IMG/VR virus record: IMGVR_UViG_3300037313_001400
Span: 1 to 60,349 of that record
Origin: a virus
Lineage: Duplodnaviria > Caudoviricetes
Reading direction: 5' to 3' (one strand)
Length of the DNA stretch: 60,349 bases
Part shown: piece after piece, positions 38,732 to 46,489 of the stretch
Layout: each line of letters starts with the position of its first letter
How positions within the stretch are numbered: position 1 is the first letter of the stretch
Position numbers and translations under genes: made by a program
The notes under the pieces: generated by a model
The model's database searches: none
Told to the model about the DNA's origin: nothing
Seen by the model: the letters and a program-made list of their open reading frames with translations, nothing else

Positions 38732-38941
38732 ATGGCCTCATCCACGAAGGTCCGTCAGCACAGGTGGGTGAAGTACTCGGTCGAACCGGTGGACGTCATC
38801 GTGGCTCCCGACGGCACCCCCTATTCCGTCGTACGGCCCGGGCAGCCCATCGGAGAGCAGGTTGGCTGCTACGTCTGTTCGGAGCCGCTCAACAGCAAGT
38901 CCGCGGCGATCGACTGCCTGGGCTTCGACACCAACAGCTGA
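38732..38941 (+). CDS. Small protein (CxxC)
   Basis: AGGAG RBS before MASSTKV. Confidence 0.65.
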   Translation: MASSTKVRQHRWVKYSVEPVDVIVAPDGTPYSVVRPGQPIGEQVGCYVCSEPLNSKSAAIDCLGFDTNS

Positions 38942-38954
38942 AGGAGCTGACCAA

Positions 38955-39458
38955 ATGACACTGCGAGCAATCGTCATCATGCCCGAGGGCACCTATGGGG
39001 CCGAACCGGGCAAGCCCTACCTGATCTCGGCCGACACCCACCTGGGGCTCGCCAGGGGGGTCGGTATTAACTACTGGGAGCGGGTCAACCCGCCCGCCGG
39101 CAGGGCTGCGGGATTCACCTGCCTCATGGATGACGACGCCATGACCAGGGGCCTCACTATCAACCCCATCGCCCAACGGGTCATGGCCTACCCGACCAGC
39201 TACAACATCAGGGGGCCGGTAGCCTTCCTCTCCGAGACTGACGACGGCGATGGTCCCCACTTCATCAGTCTGCAGTCCGGGCCCAAGGCCTGGATCCTGG
39301 GTGCCCTCGGTCTCTACCACGGTATGGAGCTCGAGGAACTGCCCAAGTTCAAGCTGAGGATTCTGCCCGAGGCGGAGCGAGAAGTGCCCCGGTTTCAGCT
39401 CACCCGGTTCAATGGTACCTGGGATGAGGTGAGGAAGCACCTGGGCGACAACCTCTAA
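38955..39458 (+). CDS. DUF3846-like protein
   Basis: CLMDDDAMTRGLTINPIA...IRGPVAF pattern; AAGGAG RBS. Confidence 0.6.
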   Translation: MTLRAIVIMPEGTYGAEPGKPYLISADTHLGLARGVGINYWERVNPPAGRAAGFTCLMDDDAMTRGLTINPIAQRVMAYPTSYNIRGPVAFLSETDDGDGPHFISLQSGPKAWILGALGLYHGMELEELPKFKLRILPEAEREVPRFQLTRFNGTWDEVRKHLGDNL

Positions 39459-39466
39459 CCATCGGC

Positions 39467-39494
39467 AGAGGGCCGGCCTTCGGGTCGGCTCTTT
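39467..39494 (+). terminator. Intrinsic terminator with UUCG loop
   Basis: AGAGGGCCGGCC-TTCG-GGTCGGCTCTTT. Confidence 0.75.
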
Positions 39495-39596
39495 GGTGTG
39501 GAAGGTGGGCTGCCGGCAAGCCCTTGACTCAGCATCAGGAGATGATAGGGTGGTACTACCAACTCACCCCCTCCACACCAAGGAGCTGATCCAACA

Positions 39597-39863
39597 ATGT
39601 TCTCCTCGCTGCTGCTCTGCGCCCACTGCGACATCATCTTCCTTCAGCCGAAGATGGTCATCTACCCCGGGGGTCACTCCGAGCTGGGCTGCCCGAACTG
39701 CCTGGCGCCGGAGCTCGACCACGACCCGCTGACCGACCAGACCATTAGCACCCTGTTCATCTCGATCATCGGGGACGCCTTCTCCGAGACCCGCCGCATG
39801 AACCTGCGCAACATCGCCGAGTCGCAGATGGGGCCCTACAACCCGCTGAGTCGACTCATCTAA
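39597..39863 (+). CDS. Zn-ribbon protein
   Basis: CAHC...CPNC; CCACACCAAGGAGCTGA leader. Confidence 0.7.
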   Translation: MFSSLLLCAHCDIIFLQPKMVIYPGGHSELGCPNCLAPELDHDPLTDQTISTLFISIIGDAFSETRRMNLRNIAESQMGPYNPLSRLI

Positions 39864-39997
39864 CGATCCAACCTTGCCAGAATGAGGCCCCCGCTATACT
39901 CGGCGGGGGTCTTGTCTGTCGCCTTGACCCAGTTGCCTGCCAGCCGGTAGCATGATCTAGCTTCGATGACGAGGCATACCTTTCATGACCGAGGAGG

Positions 39998-40459
39998 GTG
40001 ACCGTGGCAGACGAGTCGGAAAAGACTTTCTCCGCGAAGCAGGTCGCAAGGAAGATCGGAACGGACGCCAGGCAACTGCGTAAGTTCTTCAGGGACCCGG
40101 TCTCGGGTTACGATGCGGTGGGACAGGGAGCTCGATACGAGTTCACGGAAAAGGAGATCGCCGAGATCTCGGCTAAGTTCTGGGACTGGAGCTCCACCAA
40201 AACCCGACGCAACCGAGTTTCTACTAAAGCCGCCGTAGGGGGTGTTACCAATGCCGCAGTACCCGCTCCCCGCCGTGAACGCCTCATCGATCGCCCCGCC
40301 CCGAAGCTTCAGCTGTCGCCTCGGGATGTCGAGAGGCTGACCAGGGAAGGGCGGGATATGCTTCGCGCAGTAGGGCTTGATGAGAATACCCCGCCCGACT
40401 TCGAGCTCGACGGGTACACCCTACCCGATAGCGAGGATGATCTCGTAGAACTGGACTGA
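39998..40459 (+). CDS. HTH DNA-binding protein
   Basis: FSAKQVARKIGTDARQLRKFFRD; TTGACC-18-TAGCAT promoter. Confidence 0.8.
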   Translation: MTVADESEKTFSAKQVARKIGTDARQLRKFFRDPVSGYDAVGQGARYEFTEKEIAEISAKFWDWSSTKTRRNRVSTKAAVGGVTNAAVPAPRRERLIDRPAPKLQLSPRDVERLTREGRDMLRAVGLDENTPPDFELDGYTLPDSEDDLVELD

Positions 40460-40571
40460 CCACCGGGGCGGCTTCGGCCGCCTTAGTGGTGTGTGGGAAT
40501 GAATGCATTGACATCCAGTCAGGCAGCCCCTAGCATACTAGGCATTGCACCACCCTGACCGAGGAGCTGCA

Positions 40572-41063
40572 ATGGGACTGATTCCCATGGAAAACTTCAC
40601 CGCCCAGATGAAGATCTCGGGCACCTTCCACGAGGTCCGGAAGTACCTCACCCCGATCACTTACAAGGGTGACAAGATCCTCGCCCACGTCGGAGCCTGC
40701 AAGCAGTCGGGCTGCCGCTGGTCCTCCCAGTACTCGAACTGGGCCGGCCTCGCCGCCGGCATCTGGCAGCACCGCCAGGAGCACATCCTCGAGTACCGGG
40801 TCCGCAAGCTGCACCGACTCCTCAAGAGCAACAAGGAGCAGATCCACATCGCCCTCAGGCTCTGCGCCGACAACAACACCCACACCGAGGAGGGTTGGAC
40901 CATGGCGGTGACGCGCACCATGCGCGAGCTCGAGCCCCGGGGTACCTTCCAGGCCTCGGACTTCAAGCCCCAGCTCCTCACCTACTACACCATGGGCATG
41001 ATGGCCGTCCAGGCCGCCCAGCGGATCTACGATCTGCACTTCGCGGTAGCCCGCGCGGTCTGA
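40572..41063 (+). CDS. Hypothetical protein
   Basis: TTGACA-17-TAGCAT promoter, GAGGAG RBS. Confidence 0.7.
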   Translation: MGLIPMENFTAQMKISGTFHEVRKYLTPITYKGDKILAHVGACKQSGCRWSSQYSNWAGLAAGIWQHRQEHILEYRVRKLHRLLKSNKEQIHIALRLCADNNTHTEEGWTMAVTRTMRELEPRGTFQASDFKPQLLTYYTMGMMAVQAAQRIYDLHFAVARAV

Positions 41064-41114
41064 TCCTCACTGCCCCCCTTGACATCCAGCCGAGGGGGGC
41101 ATTACTATGTAAAC

Positions 41115-41327
41115 ATGACTTCATACCTCACCCCTGACCGAGCCCCCCAGGTCCGTGCCCGTCTCAGCCAGGCCGACTTCACCGACTTCCTCAAGGACCT
41201 GCGCAGCGGACCCACCACCGTGCCGGCCTGGCGAGACACCGAAGATCTCCTCAAGCGGACTCGGATCCGATACTCCAGCGCTGAGATCATTGATCGCACC
41301 GAGGAAGAAGTAGTCTTCGCGCTCTGA
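41115..41327 (+). CDS. Small protein (leaderless)
   Basis: TTGACA-18-TACTAT, 6 nt, ATG. Confidence 0.7.
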   Translation: MTSYLTPDRAPQVRARLSQADFTDFLKDLRSGPTTVPAWRDTEDLLKRTRIRYSSAEIIDRTEEEVVFAL

Positions 41328-41602
41328 TTCTTAGCCCTCAAGCCCTCGCACCCAGCGGGGGCCTTTAAGTGTGTCACCCCGCGATGCGATCGATGATGCG
41401 CGCATTATAGTGGCCTAGGACGCTTCTCAAGGGGGTACTGATCGATGAGGCATAGCGATCAGGTCGAATGATGCGCGCATTAAATGCCCCTCGATTACGG
41501 ATGCGATGGGAGATTGAGGCTTTGCCCCTTGACGACCTTGCCGGCAAGCCCCTATACTTAGCTTATCAACGCACCGCTACTCCACACCGAGGGGACTGAT
41601 TC

Positions 41603-41782
41603 ATGATGAAGATGCGCAAGGGGTGGTTCATCACCGACCGTACGGGCTTCGCCTGGAAGTGGGACTGCCCGAAGGCCGCCGCCGAGGCCAAGGCCATGGG
41701 TCTCAAGGTGACCCCGATCCGCATCCTCTCCTCGGGCGGCAGGTGGAACTGCACCGCCTGCGACCTCAACATGAAGCACTAG
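41603..41782 (+). CDS. Small protein, 59 aa (MMKMRKGWFITDRTG...CTACDLNMKH)
   Basis: TTGACG-18-TATACT promoter, CCACACCGAGGGGACTGA leader; not in the ORF track. Confidence 0.7.
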   Translation: MMKMRKGWFITDRTGFAWKWDCPKAAAEAKAMGLKVTPIRILSSGGRWNCTACDLNMKH

Positions 41783-41792
41783 GAGCTGAACC

Positions 41793-42203
41793 ATGGCAGA
41801 CATCGATCACTACATCGTCGCTAACGATGGCGGCCTCAAGATCATCTGGCGAAGGGCCGAGGAAGGGGGTCAGTGGAGGGCCTCGGTCTTCAGCCCCCTG
41901 GACGAGGAGGGGGGTTGGGGTACCCTCAAGGCCTGGGACTGCGCCTCTCTGCAGTCGGTCATGCGTCGCATGATCAAGTTCTACGACAACCGCGACCCCT
42001 ATGAGCACGTGGGTAAGAACTTCGTCTGGCGCCGGCGAGCCGATGGTCAGCTGACGGGCTGGAAGATCCTGAGGCGAGTGGGTCGGTGGGAGAATGGTGC
42101 CCCCCTCTACCTGGTCCGCCGCCGGGCTCAGTTCAACGAGATCATGGTGAGGTTCGACTACGACCTCTGCTCCCATGATCTGATGGTCAACATCGGCCAG
42201 TAA
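41793..42203 (+). CDS. Hypothetical protein
   Basis: AGGAG RBS. Confidence 0.7.
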   Translation: MADIDHYIVANDGGLKIIWRRAEEGGQWRASVFSPLDEEGGWGTLKAWDCASLQSVMRRMIKFYDNRDPYEHVGKNFVWRRRADGQLTGWKILRRVGRWENGAPLYLVRRRAQFNEIMVRFDYDLCSHDLMVNIGQ

Positions 42204-42256
42204 CATGCCGCCCGGCCCCTACCTCACATCGAGGCGGGGGCCAGGTGGTGTGTGCG

Positions 42257-42589
42257 TCAGGCCTTGGCGATGCCGCGAACCTCGTTCTTCTCAGCGTCGG
42301 CCTCGGTGGCATAAGGCCAGGTCATCCAGAGCCAGTCCTCGGCGAGCAGGTCAGTCTGGGATGCCACCCACGGCACGAAGTCACCCTGCGCGGTATGGAA
42401 CATCAGGTAGGGCAGGAACTTGCGTACGGTGCCGACCTCGAGCCCCGTTGCATCGGCGGTGTTCTGGTTGATCGGGATGCCTTCGGGGTAAGCCTTCTGC
42501 ATCACGACGTACATGCCCCGACCATTCCACCCCTCACGGGTGATTCGGTGGCCCTCGCGGGCCATGCGGAGAGCGTCGGAGAAGTCCAT
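42257..42589 (-). CDS. tad2: DUF2829 / Tad2-like anti-defence sponge protein
   Basis: MDFSDAL...G.RITREGWNGRGMY...PYL...VPWVASQTDLLAEDW signature. Confidence 0.85.
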   Translation of the reverse strand: MDFSDALRMAREGHRITREGWNGRGMYVVMQKAYPEGIPINQNTADATGLEVGTVRKFLPYLMFHTAQGDFVPWVASQTDLLAEDWLWMTWPYATEADAEKNEVRGIAKA

Positions 42590-42598
42590 TTCAGTCCC

Positions 42599-42913
42599 TC
42601 AGTTGGTGGGAATGCGCTTGCGAGTCAGCCATTCGTCGAGCTTCGCCACGGCTTCCTTGGGACCACAGACGACGAATACCTCGCCGCCGGCGGCCCTGAT
42701 CTCCTCATGGCGGAGCTTCTGTACCTCAGATACGTTGCTTCGTTTCCCCGGCATCTTGGTTTCGAAGCCCAGGAAGTACCCCTCCACACAGGCGATAATG
42801 TCGGGCAGCCCTGCGGGTGTCAACGGGCTACCGTGAACCTTCCAGGCGAAGACCTTCTTGCCTCGCAGGGCGTCGATGATGGACTTGCTTACCCTGGATT
42901 CTGCCTGCGTCAT
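42599..42913 (-). CDS. VRR-NUC nuclease / resolvase
   Basis: GLPDII...FETK...SEVQ...IRAAGG. Confidence 0.9.
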   Translation of the reverse strand: MTQAESRVSKSIIDALRGKKVFAWKVHGSPLTPAGLPDIIACVEGYFLGFETKMPGKRSNVSEVQKLRHEEIRAAGGEVFVVCGPKEAVAKLDEWLTRKRIPTN

Positions 42914-43074
42914 ACCGACCCCTTAGCTACGATAGTGGGCGATCCAGCCCCACCCTTACCTTTGACCGAGGAGAGTTGATAGAGGCTGGATCGCCCAAGT
43001 CTTGCGTTTAGATCATCTCATCCACCTAGCCGGTTGTCAAGGTCGACTAGTCAGTATGGATGAGATGGACGGGA

Positions 43075-43746
43075 CTAGAGATCCTCGAGGTCGAGTTCCT
43101 CGAGCTCGTCCTCGGTGACCGCCTCGACGGCCTTGCGTGTGGAGGACTTGGTGCGCTGCGCCGGCACGGCCTTCTTGGCGGCAGCCTTCTTCACCGGCGG
43201 GGCCGGCTCCTCTTCTTCCTCCTCGTCGTCCTCATCCTCGGTCTCGTCCGAGTCGACTTCGTCATCGGCCTCCTCGTCCTCTTCCTCGTCCTCCTCGGTC
43301 TCGTCGAGGCCATCGACGTCCTCGGTGTTTTCCTCGATCTCGCTGGCCGGGAAGGTGGCGGAGACGTTCGACTGGGGCTTGCCGTCGTACTCGTCGTCCT
43401 CCATGGTGACCCCGATGAGCTTGCCGACCAGGCGGTTCGGGTCCAGCTTGATCTTCTTCTTCGGGATGGGCATCCCGGCGGCCAGGCAGAGGTTCCGCAG
43501 CTTCCAGAGCTGGTTCTCGACCAGCTTGCAGTAGAAGGGGTACTTGCGGTCCGTGTACTGGTTGACCAGCTCGATCGTGAAGAGCCACTGCATCACGCCG
43601 TCGGACTTGCTGGGCCGGTCCTCGACCTTGGTGATCTTGGCGAGGTAGTCACCCGAGGGGACCCGCTTCTTGTTGAAGCTCTGGCCCCCCTCCTTGACGT
43701 TGGAGAAGTCGATGAGACGTTCGGCGGACCTGGTGCTGGTTGCCAC
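43075..43746 (-). CDS. ssDNA-binding-like protein (DUF669-like) with acidic tail
   Basis: VPSGDYLAKI...LWKLRNL...LVGKLIGV...EYDGK. Confidence 0.7.
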   Translation of the reverse strand: MATSTRSAERLIDFSNVKEGGQSFNKKRVPSGDYLAKITKVEDRPSKSDGVMQWLFTIELVNQYTDRKYPFYCKLVENQLWKLRNLCLAAGMPIPKKKIKLDPNRLVGKLIGVTMEDDEYDGKPQSNVSATFPASEIEENTEDVDGLDETEEDEEEDEEADDEVDSDETEDEDDEEEEEEPAPPVKKAAAKKAVPAQRTKSSTRKAVEAVTEDELEELDLEDL

Positions 43747-43842
43747 TGATTGTACCTTCCTCGGTCAGCCCCAGTGTGGGGCAATAGGCATATGCTATCG
43801 GCGGTGATCGCCGAGATCAACTTGCCTCGGCAAGTGACATTC

Positions 43843-44643
43843 TCAGCGAGCGGCAGCTGCTCGCTTCTTCGGGGTCACCTTACCGGTGGACATCAGCTCG
43901 AGCAGCTTGGGAATGCTGGGCGACTTGATGATGTCGGGCAGGGTGTAGTCCGCACGGTAGCCGGTGTCGTACTTCAGCGACTCGGCCACAAAGAGGCGGC
44001 GCTGAGCCACCTTCTTCTCGTTGACCTCGATCGGAACCACGTAGAGCCGACCGATGACGTCGACGAGGGAGTTGACGTAGCCCCGAACGCCCTTCGGCAG
44101 ATCGGGCACGAACTCGGTGTCGACCGTCTCGAGGTCCTCGTCCTCCTCCGAGTCCACACCCTCATTCATCCTTTCCTGCGAAGTGAAGAGGACGCCGTAG
44201 GGCAGGTTGTGGAAGTTGGTCAGCATGGTCTTCATGACCTCGCCGGCCTTGCCGTAGTCGCGCTGCTGTACGAGGCCCGGGATACGATCGATGGAGACCT
44301 GCTCCTGCAACCTCATGACGTACTTCAGCGCCATGTTGCTGAGCTTGGTCAGGCCGTCGACCACGATCCACTCGTACTCATGGTTCCCGGAACGGATGAA
44401 GTTCCAGGCGTCGTCGATGTCCTCCCACTTCTCGATGTGCCAGACGTGGGGGTTCGCTCGTTGCATGAGGTCAGTCCCATGCTCCGGGTCGAGGACCAGC
44501 GTCTTCTCGATGCCGGCACTAAGGCCGAAGGTCGTCTTGCCCTTCTTGTTGCGGGCATATACGTGAAGCTTCGGCAGCCTCTTGATGTCGGCGGGTCGCT
44601 TGATCCGCTGAGAGGCGATCTTGGAGTAGTCCTTCTCTGCCAC
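43843..44643 (-). CDS. AAA_24 / Sak4-like recombination ATPase
   Basis: YARNKKGKTT, LVLDPEHG, IVVDGLT, QRDYG. Confidence 0.85.
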   Translation of the reverse strand: MAEKDYSKIASQRIKRPADIKRLPKLHVYARNKKGKTTFGLSAGIEKTLVLDPEHGTDLMQRANPHVWHIEKWEDIDDAWNFIRSGNHEYEWIVVDGLTKLSNMALKYVMRLQEQVSIDRIPGLVQQRDYGKAGEVMKTMLTNFHNLPYGVLFTSQERMNEGVDSEEDEDLETVDTEFVPDLPKGVRGYVNSLVDVIGRLYVVPIEVNEKKVAQRRLFVAESLKYDTGYRADYTLPDIIKSPSIPKLLELMSTGKVTPKKRAAAAR

Positions 44644-44732
44644 TTGGTACCTTTCGATGCTTGTTGGGTTGACGCGTCAAGCGCCGATACATGTCAGGTA
44701 GGTAGAGCGATAGGCCCAGTCCCACCAGCAGA

Positions 44733-44891
44733 CTAGCGGTCGTTATCCCGCAGCTGCTCGGCATATCGGTTGACTCGCTGGGCGTGTCGCTTCGCCTTCC
44801 GGGCGTACCGGGTAGCCATAGCCGCGAAGACCATCGCTGCGGCACTGGTCACCCAGGTGACGATGATCAGGATAACCGTCAGCTCACTCAC
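44733..44891 (-). CDS. Small membrane protein
   Basis: One TM helix and a basic tail. Confidence 0.55.
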   Translation of the reverse strand: MSELTVILIIVTWVTSAAAMVFAAMATRYARKAKRHAQRVNRYAEQLRDNDR

Positions 44892-45045
44892 TCTTGGGCT
44901 CCTCGGGATGGTTGCAGCCGGCGTGTTCCCATGATCCACACCTAGCGCAGGGCTGCTGGTGCTCGAGGCGTTCGGCCTTATCGGCGGAGAGGTCCACCCT
45001 CTCCTTGCAGAAACGGCAGTTGAAGTAGTAGTAGGCCCTACTCAT
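44884..45045 (-). CDS. Small Zn-finger protein (53 aa)
   Basis: MSRAYYYFNCRFC...CARCG; not in the ORF track. Confidence 0.55.
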   Translation of the reverse strand: MSRAYYYFNCRFCKERVDLSADKAERLEHQQPCARCGSWEHAGCNHPEEPKSE

Positions 45046-46108
45046 CGGTACCCCCTCGCTGCTCGCCGGCGCGGTCCTGGTAGTAGTCCAGGGCGTCGCC
45101 GACCTTGAAGTTGTTCTTGCGCAGGAAGGTGGTGTTACCGCCCATCAGGTCCATGCTGCAGAGATCCTTGTAGCTGCAGAACCTGTCGCACTTGAACTGG
45201 CTTACGTTCCGCTCGACGAAGTCGGGGCGGTCGAAGGGGTAGGAGTGCAGTCGCTTGCTGGTGTGGTAGCCCGCCTGAGCGACGCGTCGCAGCATATCAG
45301 GCGACTTCTCCAAAACGTCCCTGCGAAAGAAGGGAGACGTCTGGGGCTCGCCCGGCTTGTACCTCATCGCCTTCAAGACTTCGGCGAACTGGATGTTCTC
45401 CCGGGTGATCTTGTACCCGTGCTCAGCCTTGAGTCGCTTGAGCTCTCGGGTATAGGTGAGGTAGTCCGTGTCGCCGAGCTTCTTAGAGAGCCTCGACCCA
45501 TCCTTGAGAAGGTAGGGAACCGAAGGGGCCTTGGTCTTCAGGTAGTTCCAGATGAACCCCTGTACCGGCATCTTCATCTTCAGCGCAGCCCAGAGATACA
45601 GAGCCGACTGGACGTCGAGAAGACGGAAGTTATGACCCGGCAGGTTGCCATGGGTCTTGTGGTCGACGATCCAGAGACCATGCTGGTTCTCGATCAGCGC
45701 GTCAACCTTACCTCGGTAGAGAACCCCATCGGGGAACTCGGCCTCGACGGTGAACTCGGTCTCCAGCACCTTCCAAGGGTCATCCTTGTAGTGCCAGATA
45801 TAGGCTTCCATGAGGGCCCGACACTCGCGGGGCAGATCACCGTAGTGATCCTTCTCCTCATCGAAGAGCTCATTGTACTTGGCGCAGAGAGACTGGTGCA
45901 TCGCCTCCCAGTCGCGGCCCGCGTGGTGCTCCTCGAGCAGGTAATGCATCCACGTACCGCGCTTCAGCGGTGTGGAAAGCATTCTTGGCTTGAGCCGATC
46001 GAAATACTTGTACTTCGCCTGCTGAGGACACTCCCTGAACGACTTGATCATCGAGTGGGTTGTGATGTGCTTTCCCACTGATTCGTCGAAATAGACAGCC
46101 ATAGGCAT
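45038..46108 (-). CDS. PD-(D/E)XK / Cas4-like exonuclease
   Basis: SFRECP, GTWMH, GKVDAL...IVDHKT, QSALY, C-terminal C..FCSYKDLC. Confidence 0.9.
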   Translation of the reverse strand: MPMAVYFDESVGKHITTHSMIKSFRECPQQAKYKYFDRLKPRMLSTPLKRGTWMHYLLEEHHAGRDWEAMHQSLCAKYNELFDEEKDHYGDLPRECRALMEAYIWHYKDDPWKVLETEFTVEAEFPDGVLYRGKVDALIENQHGLWIVDHKTHGNLPGHNFRLLDVQSALYLWAALKMKMPVQGFIWNYLKTKAPSVPYLLKDGSRLSKKLGDTDYLTYTRELKRLKAEHGYKITRENIQFAEVLKAMRYKPGEPQTSPFFRRDVLEKSPDMLRRVAQAGYHTSKRLHSYPFDRPDFVERNVSQFKCDRFCSYKDLCSMDLMGGNTTFLRKNNFKVGDALDYYQDRAGEQRGGTDE

Positions 46109-46166
46109 GTTCCTTGGTGTGAATTGATGTAGCCATCATATCGCACCTCGACATGCCCCGATAGGC

Positions 46167-46433
46167 CTACGCGGAATGCCGCATTCCCTCGTTGTGGAGT
46201 TCCTGGGAGGTGAGGTGGTAGTAGCCGCAGAACTCACACTTATAGGTGCGAATCGGCACGCTGTAAGCTCGTCGAGTTCGGGGCATGGACCGTACCCGAA
46301 GCAGAGCCAATTCAGCCTGCACCTTGTCGATGTATGGCTCCTTGTCAGTACGCTTGCACTTCTTGGGGACCGTTATTACTTCGCCGTTAACAACGACAAA
46401 CCGAGCGCGGGGCAGTCGGTATGGCCTGGTCAT
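46167..46433 (-). CDS. Zn-binding hypothetical protein
   Basis: RTYKCEFCGYYHLTS; own promoter TTGACT-17-TATTAT. Confidence 0.7.
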   Translation of the reverse strand: MTRPYRLPRARFVVVNGEVITVPKKCKRTDKEPYIDKVQAELALLRVRSMPRTRRAYSVPIRTYKCEFCGYYHLTSQELHNEGMRHSA

Positions 46434-46489
46434 GAGTACCTCCTTCCAGGGCATAATACCAACTCCCGCACTCGGAGTCAATATATGGG

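Noticed and set aside
38097-42203. Plus-strand island as a lysogeny module or mobile element
   Set aside because: No integrase, transposase or att-like repeats, and it shares promoter and leader motifs with the rest of the phage
45038-46108. Cas4-like gene as a sign of CRISPR
   Set aside because: No repeat-spacer array or other cas genes were seen; it sits in a Sak4/SSB recombination module
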